Origin: Corynebacterium glutamicum ATCC 13032
GTDB taxonomy: Bacteria; Actinomycetota; Actinomycetes; Mycobacteriales; Mycobacteriaceae
NCBI RefSeq assembly: GCF_000011325.1
Contig: NC_003450.3
Location: 1,800,001-1,832,000 of the forward strand
Length of the DNA stretch: 32,000 nt
Direction of reading: 5' to 3'
This document shows, piece after piece, positions 9,761 to 17,806 of the stretch. Each line of letters starts with the position of its first letter. Positions within the stretch are counted from its first letter, which is position 1. The notes under the pieces were generated by a model that saw nothing but the letters and a program-made list of their open reading frames with translations, ran no database searches and was not told the origin of the DNA. A program made the translations under genes and the position numbers.

Positions 9761-10375
9761 ATGTTTGGTAGTAGTTTTAAGGAACAAACAACTAACCCGA
9801 GAAGTCAACGAGTTTCTTATTTGCGTGTCTCTAGCACCGATCAGAATCTGGCTCGACAACGTGAAGCTGTTAACCATTCCGGTCATATTGATCGTGAGTT
9901 CACAGATGAGCTTTCCGGTGGCGCCAAATCACACAGACCTGGCTTGGAAGACTGCATTAATTATCTTCGCGAGGATGATGTTCTTGTCGTCGCATCCATT
10001 GACCGACTTGCACGCTCGCTGGTTGATTTACGCGTCATCATTGACCGCATCACAGACAAAGGCGCATCGGTCATTTTTCTCAAAGAGAATTTGACTTTCG
10101 CTGCAGGCCGCGATGATCCTCGAGCAAACCTCATGCTCGGTATTTTGGGCAGTTTCGCAGAATTTGAACGCTCAATTATTCGCGAGCGCCAAGCAGAAGG
10201 TATTGCCCTGGCAAAAAAGGCCGGCAAGTATGCAGGTCGCCCAAAAGCCCTCGACAAGGAACAAATACAAGAAGCAAAAGATATGATCGCTCAAGGTGAA
10301 ACAAAATCTGCTGTCGCCAAGCATTTTGGTATTAATCGCTCGACCTTGTACGAATATCTCAAAAATCCTGACTAG
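9761..10375 (+). CDS. serine recombinase (resolvase/invertase family)
   Basis: YLRVSSTDQNLARQ contains the catalytic Ser motif. Also SIDRLARS, FAEFERSIIRERQ and the C-terminal HTH VAKHFGINRSTLYEYL. Confidence 0.92.
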   Translation: MFGSSFKEQTTNPRSQRVSYLRVSSTDQNLARQREAVNHSGHIDREFTDELSGGAKSHRPGLEDCINYLREDDVLVVASIDRLARSLVDLRVIIDRITDKGASVIFLKENLTFAAGRDDPRANLMLGILGSFAEFERSIIRERQAEGIALAKKAGKYAGRPKALDKEQIQEAKDMIAQGETKSAVAKHFGINRSTLYEYLKNPD

Positions 10376-10552
10376 ATTGAGAATCAACTATGCGACAAGT
10401 CAACTTGCATACCAGTATCCGAGCACATCCACCCCCGAAAAAATTAGGTAAAGCTTGCCTATTTAAGAAGAACTGCTATAAGATCATCCATACATGCAGA
10501 GCACAGCTTTCACACATAGACATCACTGCACATTTATCTAATGGGAGACTCA

Positions 10553-11548
10553 ATGACAGTTGCACACAAACGAAGTCTGACATGGATCAAGAGACTATCT
10601 GCGACTACATTTGCAGCTTTTCTTGGCATTCAGCTTGTGACCCCCGCTCACTCAATTGAAAACACGACGCAGATTCCAGAAAGCGAATTGCACAACCTCG
10701 GGCTCACAGACGAAGAAATTCAAGAATTCAATCAATATCTCATTGACGAGTCACTCTTTCAAGAGACTGTAGAAACCTCTCCGATCGTAGTCAGCGACAA
10801 TGAAGATGCAGCCCAAGATCCCGGTTTCGGCCTTTTCACCACAAATCCTGTGAAACACACAGATGAGCACATTGGCGCTCTATACTTCTCCGACCTACCA
10901 GGTATTTCCAATCTTACGTGCACTGCCAACTACATCGGTGGAAAATTCTGGACCACAGCACATCATTGTGTTGAAGGCCGCAGTCGCTTCGTCGGCTTCA
11001 TCGAGCAGTCGGACGGACAATATGCAGGCATTGAGCATGTTTACACAAAGTCAAGTGACTACGATATTGCCCTCATTAAAGTGGGATCTGGAATTGACGC
11101 AGAACAGTTCAGCCTCACTCGATCACGCCCTGCGGTTGGAAAAATGCTGGAAGTCGTTGGGTTTGCAGTTGTGAACCCATTCTCCTCTAGAGCAACAATG
11201 GAAGTCACCAACTCAAACACAGTCGCGAACTATCCTATGAGCAACCTGTACTACAAAGACGTATTCTCGGCTAAACCCGCAGGATCATTCCCTTATGTCA
11301 TTTCCGGAGGTGATTCCGGCGCAGCTGTTTGGTCGGGTGAAACCATGTACGGCATTGCTAGTGGCTCTAACGGCAGCACTAAAAACCTAGCAGCAAATGT
11401 TGGACCGCACGTCTCTTGGATCGAACAAACGATGCAAAACAATAGCAATTCCTCTCCCTATGAAATTTTGCAAGCGTTCCGAGGCGGCCTTGCAACGTCT
11501 TACCCCAAATATAATCAAATTAGAGACCTAGTCGACTCAAGTAGTTAA
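10553..11548 (+). CDS. secreted trypsin-like (S1 family) serine protease
   Basis: GGGAGA RBS and signal peptide. Catalytic triad contexts are TAHHC, DYDIALIKV and GGDSGAAVW. Confidence 0.88.
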   Translation: MTVAHKRSLTWIKRLSATTFAAFLGIQLVTPAHSIENTTQIPESELHNLGLTDEEIQEFNQYLIDESLFQETVETSPIVVSDNEDAAQDPGFGLFTTNPVKHTDEHIGALYFSDLPGISNLTCTANYIGGKFWTTAHHCVEGRSRFVGFIEQSDGQYAGIEHVYTKSSDYDIALIKVGSGIDAEQFSLTRSRPAVGKMLEVVGFAVVNPFSSRATMEVTNSNTVANYPMSNLYYKDVFSAKPAGSFPYVISGGDSGAAVWSGETMYGIASGSNGSTKNLAANVGPHVSWIEQTMQNNSNSSPYEILQAFRGGLATSYPKYNQIRDLVDSSS

Positions 11549-11563
11549 GAGGAAACAACAATA

Positions 11564-11941
11564 ATGTTACGAAAAGTATCCATTGCATTGGTCGCATCCG
11601 CCGCTATCTTGGTATCTGTACCTTTCGCACAGGCATCGACCTCAGTGGCACTGTCGTCAGAAAGCTCAGATTCTCTGGGAAGTATTCCAAACGATTTAAT
11701 TGGGGGTCTAGCCGGTTACTTTAATAAAGATCTTACGGAGGAACAGCGCGATGCTATTCGCTTCGGCCCCACCACAGCACAAGAAGCAGAACAGTGCTTA
11801 GCAAAATACGGACTTGGCGGTGAAGGCCCGTGGCCTACTATCGCGGTGTACCCTAACTGCTCTTTCGAGACAATTGAACAAGATTTCTATGATCAAGCGG
11901 TAGCCGAGACTCTCGCAGCAATAGGCATCGGGAGCTCTTAA
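11564..11941 (+). CDS. small secreted protein (125 aa)
   Basis: AAGAGGAAA RBS. Signal peptide MLRKVSIALVASAAILVSVPFAQA. Starts 15 nt after the protease stop. Confidence 0.75.
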   Translation: MLRKVSIALVASAAILVSVPFAQASTSVALSSESSDSLGSIPNDLIGGLAGYFNKDLTEEQRDAIRFGPTTAQEAEQCLAKYGLGGEGPWPTIAVYPNCSFETIEQDFYDQAVAETLAAIGIGSS

Positions 11942-11967
11942 ACAATCAAAGGTACAACCCAAAAAAC

Positions 11968-12011
11968 AAATAGGAACCCTGTACAGAGATCTCTGTACAG
12001 GGTTCCTATTT
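11968..12011. terminator. 44-bp perfect palindrome (probable bidirectional terminator)
   Basis: AAATAGGAACCCTGTACAGAGA|TCTCTGTACAGGGTTCCTATTT, centred on AGATCT. A-rich on the 5' side and T-rich on the 3' side. Confidence 0.75.
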
Positions 12012-12122
12012 ATTACTTACACAACACGTAGTGCCCGAAAAACACAAGACAACAGTGGATGCAGTGGTGCCAGTTGTGCGCGAGAGTCATGTTGCACAGT
12101 ACTGGAAAGAACGACCCTAAAA

Positions 12123-12147
12123 ACAACGACAGCAAAGCTGCGTTCGG
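12123..12147 (+). repeat. conserved 25-nt hairpin element, copy 4
   Basis: Identical to copy 1. TATATT at 12149-12154. Lies 67 nt upstream of ATG 12215. Confidence 0.9.
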
Positions 12148-12214
12148 ATATATTCTCGAACTGCTGTAGTGCATACGCTACAGCCCGCTACCACCGTAAA
12201 AGCGAGAACATATC

Positions 12215-12694
12215 ATGACTGTTGATCTCTACCAGGCACGCATTCCTTTTCAGCGCGATGGCGTGCGCTTTGATCATACGATGATCACCCACATTCAAGC
12301 CGGCCTGCATCTTGGTGGCTGCCGCGCAGCAGGTTTACTGCCTATACCAGCACATATTGATCATATTGTGCGCCTGACAGCCGCAGATTTCTATGACACC
12401 CAGTCAGCACCGCAGCTGCTCAGCAACACTGTGCTTGATGTATTGGACACCACCACTCAAGACTTGAAGGCATTGTGGCCTGTTGCAGAACATATTGCTA
12501 CAACCATTCCTGAATCTGAGAACGTGCTTATCCACTGCCAGATGGGTATCAACCGCTCAGCTGCACTCATGACACGGGTGTTGATGTTGCGCAACGATTG
12601 CACCGCCGATGAAGCAATTGCACTGCTGCGTGATCGACGCTCACCGTTTGTACTGTTCAATGAGCATTTTGTGGAACAACTTCGAGCACTGTAA
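12215..12694 (+). CDS. dual-specificity / protein-tyrosine phosphatase-like protein
   Basis: HCQMGINRS matches the HCX5R(S/T) active-site signature, placed at the expected C-terminal third of the protein. Confidence 0.85.
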   Translation: MTVDLYQARIPFQRDGVRFDHTMITHIQAGLHLGGCRAAGLLPIPAHIDHIVRLTAADFYDTQSAPQLLSNTVLDVLDTTTQDLKALWPVAEHIATTIPESENVLIHCQMGINRSAALMTRVLMLRNDCTADEAIALLRDRRSPFVLFNEHFVEQLRAL

Positions 12695-12712
12695 GCGCTC
12701 AAAGACCCATTA

Positions 12713-12751
12713 CCCCGTGAAGAGAACATTCTCTTCACGGGGTTCTTTTTT
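12713..12751 (+). terminator. intrinsic terminator
   Basis: Perfect 12-bp stem CCCCGTGAAGAG/CTCTTCACGGGG followed by TTCTTTTTT. Confidence 0.9.
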
Positions 12752-12799
12752 CTTGCACGGGTGATGGTTGATGTGGGTGTCTGCGCAAGAAGAGAAAAA

Positions 12800-12824
12800 A
12801 CAACGACAGCGAAGCTGCGTTCGG
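12800..12824 (+). repeat. conserved 25-nt hairpin element, copy 5 (loop GAA)
   Basis: ACAACGACAGCGAAGCTGCGTTCGG. Lies 56 nt upstream of ATG 12881. Confidence 0.9.
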
Positions 12825-12880
12825 GCGAATCGGCGATAATCACACACCACTCTTCCTGAGAGAATCCTGAGGTCATCACC

Positions 12881-13609
12881 ATGTCACCGAACTTCCAAGC
12901 TCGCGGTACTACTGCGCCCACTGTTGCTTTGTCCATGCGCCAGATCGCGCACATCCGTGAAGAAATTAAGAAATCACCACTCGCTGCTTCCGTTTTCATC
13001 ACACCCACCACCAAACAAATGGTTGTCCGAGATCTAGAATCACTGTTCCAGCAGCTCTACCACACAGATCTACCTGAACCATCCATCAAAGACAGTGGTC
13101 TTATCAGTGCTATCGGCTCTAGCGCCGGCAATACCAATAATCCAGCACTCGCCCTAGAAACTCAGATGGCTTACCACCTGGTGCTTGCTATGCACCACAC
13201 CGATGTTGCTACCTGGCACAAGGTGGTGACCAAAAACATCACCGAATCTGCTGCTGCACAAGATGCTGCGGTCGAGCACAGTGCTAAATACGATGCTGTG
13301 TACGATGCCGCACAACTTATGGGCATCACTGTTGAGGAAGGTAATGTCGGTAGCATCGCTATTGCCTTTAGCACAGCACGTGCAGACGGTAAATCTGATT
13401 GGTGTGTTTCCGGCATCAGCCGCTACATCGAGGTCACCGAAGCCTTGGATGCTGCGCGAGCTGTCACTAAAAATACTGCTGCGCTCAATAAAACTGCTCT
13501 ACCAGACGTGCAGCCGGCGCCGGTTGTGCATTCAGCACAGTTCATGAACAAGTCCGCACACGATCATGGGGTTAATACTGCGGAAAAAGATCAACCAACC
13601 CTGTTTTAA
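12881..13609 (+). CDS. hypothetical protein (242 aa)
   Basis: TGAGG RBS. Coding-like composition. No family recognised. Confidence 0.7.
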   Translation: MSPNFQARGTTAPTVALSMRQIAHIREEIKKSPLAASVFITPTTKQMVVRDLESLFQQLYHTDLPEPSIKDSGLISAIGSSAGNTNNPALALETQMAYHLVLAMHHTDVATWHKVVTKNITESAAAQDAAVEHSAKYDAVYDAAQLMGITVEEGNVGSIAIAFSTARADGKSDWCVSGISRYIEVTEALDAARAVTKNTAALNKTALPDVQPAPVVHSAQFMNKSAHDHGVNTAEKDQPTLF

Positions 13610-13636
13610 AAGACTGTCCATTTAACAACCACATCG

Positions 13637-13681
13637 TTACCCCCGAACAGTCTTTTAAAGGCTATTCAGGGGTAATTTTTT
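13637..13681 (+). terminator. intrinsic terminator, member of the TTACCC...GGGTAA repeat family
   Basis: TTACCCC pairs with GGGGTAA, followed by T6. The loop AGTCTTTTAAAGGCTATT is related to the loops at 14581 and 16230. Confidence 0.85.
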
Positions 13682-13779
13682 CGCCACACTCCCAATATCT
13701 ACCAAAAATGGTGATCTATTATACATAATGGAATTACCAAAGCTTCATATCACTTTTCCACAGCCTGAAAGAACATACT

Positions 13780-14520
13780 ATGTCCGCAGCTTTACCTCAC
13801 ACAGCAGCAGATCCCGTACACACCACCCCAGCGAAACCGCTGCTCGATCATGTCTTAGATTCACTAGGACGCAGCATCATCAGTGGTGAAATGGAAGCCG
13901 GTAGCACATTCAAACTGCAAGACATCGGTGAAAAATTCGGTATCTCCCGCACCGTCGCCAGAGAAGCCATGCGTGCCTTAGAGCAACTTGGGTTGGTGGC
14001 CTCATCGAGACGAATTGGTATTACAGTGCTCTCGCACGAGCACTGGGCTGTCTTTGACAAAGCCATTATTCGCTGGCGCCTCGAAGATGAGCGTCAACGT
14101 GAACAGCAACTGCAGTCACTCACCGAACTTCGTATTGCCATTGAACCAATTGCTGCACGCAGTGTTGCCCTTCATGCATCGAGCGCAGAGATTGCTATCA
14201 TCGGTGATCTTGCTGCACGAATGCGTAACCTCGGTGAAGCTGGTCGTGGCGCATCACAAGAATTCCTAGACGCAGATGTGAAATTTCATGAGCTTATTTT
14301 GCAGTATTGCCATAATGAGATGTTCGCTGCCATGGCACCACCCATAAAAGCTGTACTAGTCGGGCGCACCACACTTGGCCTTCAACCCGATCGACCTGCC
14401 GAAGAAGTCTTGGACAATCATGATGCTCTCGCACACGCACTAAGTGTTCGTAATGCAGACCTCGCCGAAAAAGCATCCAGGAGCATTCTGAATGAGGTGC
14501 GCGACGCACTGACCTCGTAA
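13780..14520 (+). CDS. GntR-family transcriptional regulator (FadR/FCD subfamily)
   Basis: N-terminal winged HTH (FGISRTVAREAMRALEQLGLV) and an all-helical C-terminal domain with His-containing FCD-like motifs. Confidence 0.9.
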   Translation: MSAALPHTAADPVHTTPAKPLLDHVLDSLGRSIISGEMEAGSTFKLQDIGEKFGISRTVAREAMRALEQLGLVASSRRIGITVLSHEHWAVFDKAIIRWRLEDERQREQQLQSLTELRIAIEPIAARSVALHASSAEIAIIGDLAARMRNLGEAGRGASQEFLDADVKFHELILQYCHNEMFAAMAPPIKAVLVGRTTLGLQPDRPAEEVLDNHDALAHALSVRNADLAEKASRSILNEVRDALTS

Positions 14521-14560
14521 TTGCCACTAAACGAGTCACTACACAATTACATCGCTCATT

Positions 14561-14618
14561 GTTACTTAATTACCCTTTAATAGTCTTTTACAAGGCTGTT
14601 AAAGGGTAATTTTTTATT
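14561..14618 (+). terminator. intrinsic terminator inside a 58-bp exact repeat (copy A)
   Basis: The 58-mer is identical to 16210-16267. 12-bp stem ATTACCCTTTAA/TTAAAGGGTAAT followed by a T-run. Confidence 0.9.
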
Positions 14619-14886
14619 AGTTTGCTTAAAGCCTATTACATGACAATTACAGCACAATTGAAAAGTCACTTAAGCGCACGCTAAAAGCGAATTGTAGAGG
14701 GTTATTTTTTTCGCAATTAAAAGCCTTTTGCGACACAAATAGGACAACAAAACAAAGATGCATTAACTCTAAAAGAACAAAATTAATCAATCAGAAAAAC
14801 ATATTGAATACTTATAAATTTCTGACATACTCATTAATGAGATATTCGAAGTCTTTATCAAAATGATTAACAAAAGGAGTATGTTT

Positions 14887-15654
14887 ATGTCGCTAAAAAC
14901 TCGCCGAATATTCGGCGCACTTGCTGTTTCGCTATCAATCTCTTTCTCAGCCATTGCTACACCTGCAGCATCCGCACAAGAACTAGTGGTGAGCACATCA
15001 GCAGTAAACGAATTTGGTGTAGTTACCAGTGACATCACGGCTGAGCAAATTCTTCAGGCGCAAGATCTAATCGCTGAGATGAAACAGTCAGAGGACATAT
15101 ATGAGTATTTCGGTGCCTTGTCTGACGTTGAACAGAGATCCATCATTGCAGCTGTAAAGGAAAATCCATATCTCATTGAGAACGAATCACCCCGTATGAG
15201 AGTCCAAAGTGAAACACCCGACGAGGAAACACCTGATAAGAAAAAGCCGAGCAAAACCTACAAGCTCTATATGAGCATTCTCGAAATGATGTCATGTATC
15301 AATCTTGTTGATGTTCCGTCATGTGCCCAAGCCCTTAAAGCGGCAAATATAGCTGAACGCGAGGCCAAGGCCCGTTACCCCGATTCGGTCACTAATGGTA
15401 AAGGCGATGCCCTTCGTCATTGTGCATGGAGCGCTCTCATGACTATTCGAATCGGAAAAGATGCAGCCGAAAGAATTGGTAACGCTCATGAAACCGTTGT
15501 GAGAGGTGAACCCGAAGAAAGAGAAATGGATCTCATCAATAACGCGCTGGGTAGAGACATCGGCGAAAGATTCATCATCAATGGCGATGAAACGGGTGCG
15601 CTCAGTACTTGTGTATCCATGGCTAATATCGGGCTACTTCATACTCTGTTGTAA
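14887..15654 (+). CDS. secreted protein (255 aa) with GDALRHCAWSA...AHE motif
   Basis: AAAGGAG lies 7 nt upstream of ATG 14887. Signal peptide ends in ATPAASA. No family I can name with confidence. Confidence 0.75.
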   Translation: MSLKTRRIFGALAVSLSISFSAIATPAASAQELVVSTSAVNEFGVVTSDITAEQILQAQDLIAEMKQSEDIYEYFGALSDVEQRSIIAAVKENPYLIENESPRMRVQSETPDEETPDKKKPSKTYKLYMSILEMMSCINLVDVPSCAQALKAANIAEREAKARYPDSVTNGKGDALRHCAWSALMTIRIGKDAAERIGNAHETVVRGEPEEREMDLINNALGRDIGERFIINGDETGALSTCVSMANIGLLHTLL

Positions 15655-15672
15655 ACAAAGGAAGTTTCTATC

Positions 15673-16131
15673 ATGAAAATCAAGAAATTCAGCATCACAG
15701 CGCTAGCCTCAGTTCTAATGCTCACGGGTTGCGCGACCAATCACAGCTCACCTCTGTACAGTTATCTGAATGCGTCAACATCAACCACTGTTGAACAAGT
15801 ACGTCTCAGCGATCTTTACGGTGAGCAGTGGACCGAGTTCGCTCTTGTCTGCCCCTACACCACAAAAGACGAGGTAAAAGAAGAGCTTGGTATAAAAATA
15901 AACACCTACCTCACCGATTCGACCGATGACAGTAGTAACGATATTGTGCTCAGGGATAAAGACGGTTCATATGATTGGATCTATTTCAACAGATTCGACA
16001 TTGTGTACCTCTGCAACGGCTCAGCGGAAAATCTAAAAATCTACCCCATTGATTCAGTTCTAGAATTTGAGCATAGAGACGACTACGGTACCTGGAAACT
16101 GAGCGCTATCACAGAGCCGGGTAATCAATAA
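15673..16131 (+). CDS. lipoprotein (152 aa), paralog of 17803..18222
   Basis: AAGGAAG RBS and lipobox LTGC. Shares the block LYGEQWTEFALVCPYTTKDEV with the other lipoprotein. Confidence 0.8.
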   Translation: MKIKKFSITALASVLMLTGCATNHSSPLYSYLNASTSTTVEQVRLSDLYGEQWTEFALVCPYTTKDEVKEELGIKINTYLTDSTDDSSNDIVLRDKDGSYDWIYFNRFDIVYLCNGSAENLKIYPIDSVLEFEHRDDYGTWKLSAITEPGNQ

Positions 16132-16209
16132 TAACGCGGACACTTAAGTACCTTTTATCGGTCGATTAAGTGTCTACTGTTTATCCGCTACCAAACCACG
16201 CCGCTAATC

Positions 16210-16267
16210 GTTACTTAATTACCCTTTAATAGTCTTTTACAAGGCTGTTAAAGGGTAATTTTTTATT
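16210..16267 (+). terminator. intrinsic terminator inside a 58-bp exact repeat (copy B)
   Basis: Identical to 14561-14618. Confidence 0.9.
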
Positions 16268-16359
16268 CGTTTGTTTTTGGGACCATTAAATGTCAATTAC
16301 ATGTCGAGTAAGTGACACTTACAGCGCAATTGAATAGTCACTTAAACGCACGCTAAAAG

Positions 16360-16385
16360 ACAAATGACAGCGAAGCTGCATTCGG
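16360..16385 (+). repeat. conserved hairpin element, copy 6 (ACAAATGACAGCGAAGCTGCATTCGG)
   Basis: Carries paired C to T and G to A changes on opposite stem arms. Lies 65 nt upstream of ATG 16451. Confidence 0.85.
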
Positions 16386-16450
16386 ATACACACCTGAAGA
16401 ACACTCTTCACCACTAGCATTCCACCAACGCCTCGGAAAGGGCTATCTCC

Positions 16451-16639
16451 ATGTCTGTTGACGATCTTTACGCTGTTGCTCTCGATACTCACACCGGTAA
16501 GCCTATCCCCTGCGTACTCTGTGAAAATGCTCCACAGATTGTTATCTACGATGGTTGCTGCTCGCTTGCATATACCCAAGCACTTGGCGATCTCGCCGAA
16601 GCGGAATACTACGGCGCCGATCTTGCTGCAGCTGCCTAA
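16451..16639 (+). CDS. small hypothetical protein (62 aa)
   Basis: GGAAAGGG RBS. Headed by hairpin copy 6 and followed by terminator 16660-16716. Confidence 0.45.
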   Translation: MSVDDLYAVALDTHTGKPIPCVLCENAPQIVIYDGCCSLAYTQALGDLAEAEYYGADLAAAA

Positions 16640-16659
16640 ACAAACTTCATAGAACGACA

Positions 16660-16716
16660 AAAACCCCGCCTCAGAATATTGCACAACGCAATAGCTGAAG
16701 CGGGGTTTTTGTTTTC
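16660..16716 (+). terminator. intrinsic terminator
   Basis: CCCCGCCTCAG pairs with CTGAAGCGGGG, with a flanking A-run and T-run. Confidence 0.85.
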
Positions 16717-16830
16717 TGACTCAAGGTGCCAGTTTCCATAGTCAAGATTCCCAATCAACATTTAAGTATATGTGAATTATTAAAGTTATACAACTTAATT
16801 AATCAATAACTTCTCACTTCACCAACGCAA

Positions 16831-16889
16831 CAACCCCGCTATCAAGAGTTGCATCAAGGCAACAAATGAAGCGGGGTTGTGTTTTCTTG
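16831..16889 (+). terminator. second, related terminator-like hairpin (CAACCCCGCT...AGCGGGGTTG + TGTTTTCTT)
   Basis: 10-bp stem with an inner GTTGC/GCAAC hairpin. No CDS between it and the previous terminator. Confidence 0.6.
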
Positions 16890-17131
16890 CAGGCTTCGTC
16901 TTAAGGAAACTAATTATTAGTATATACCAACACAAAACCATTAATCAACTTAGTTATTATATATCACCCTCCATATAACCCATTCTGGATTGCAGGATTA
17001 CCACATACACGCCTATCGCGTTTCTCTATTTTAATTAATATAATTAATGTAGTTTATTAACCTATTATGCAATGACATTTTTTAATAATTAACCACGTCA
17101 CAACATTCTCTCAGATCACAGAGGTTCGCTC

Positions 17132-17806
17132 ATGCGCCACACCACGTCAGCCACATCAACTACATCTATTATTAAGCGTGCTATGACCATTAGTGCCGCT
17201 GTTCTTATTGCCAGCGCTGTTGGTCTCACAACCAGCGCAAGTTCGCTCAATACTCTCAGCGCTACATCACCTGAATCACCCGATCAGGCAGCCACTGTGT
17301 CACAGGCTGAATCAGATAGTGAATTAGATGACGGCATGAAAAAGCTTGCAACCAAGATCCTTAATCGCGCTGACAACGCTGAAAATAATGATGACACCGG
17401 CAAAAACCTCAACAATGATGATAAGAAGCTCAACACGAAGCAGCCGCAGCGCCCTGCTGAAAAAGTTGCCCAGGCGATCGAGCTAAGCCTTGATACCACC
17501 ACGAATGCAGAAAAGCCTGATAAAAGTTTTCACCATGAAAAACCCGTAAACGCCTATGTCACAAGTGTCAGCTACAACAAAAGCAATGACACCTGGACTA
17601 TCAAACCATCAGACAGCGCGGTGAATACACCGACCAATGATGCTGAGCGCATCAGCAATATCATCCAAGAAGCTCGCGACCTCGGTCTCAGCGACGATGA
17701 ATCCTTGACGCAACAGATCGCATTTCACGCTCATGCTGCTAATTATTTAGTCACCGAATGGGTACTTCGCGGCTATCAGCTTGCTAACCCGAAGGTGCTT
17801 CCATGA
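17132..17806 (+). CDS. secreted protein (224 aa)
   Basis: AGAGG RBS, signal peptide and a low-complexity acidic/Asn-rich middle. Its stop overlaps the next start (ATGA). Confidence 0.75.
   Translation: MRHTTSATSTTSIIKRAMTISAAVLIASAVGLTTSASSLNTLSATSPESPDQAATVSQAESDSELDDGMKKLATKILNRADNAENNDDTGKNLNNDDKKLNTKQPQRPAEKVAQAIELSLDTTTNAEKPDKSFHHEKPVNAYVTSVSYNKSNDTWTIKPSDSAVNTPTNDAERISNIIQEARDLGLSDDESLTQQIAFHAHAANYLVTEWVLRGYQLANPKVLP

Noticed and set aside
12457-13014. 185-aa minus-strand ORF
   Set aside because: It is antisense to the 3' end of the well-supported phosphatase gene and to the 5' end of 12881..13609. It also runs straight through terminator 12713-12751 and hairpin copy 5. It is a shadow ORF.
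13700-13779. Candidate GntR autoregulatory operator (TGGAATTACCA near 13728-13738)
   Set aside because: It is only a short imperfect dyad in an AT-rich promoter region, with no second copy or comparative support.
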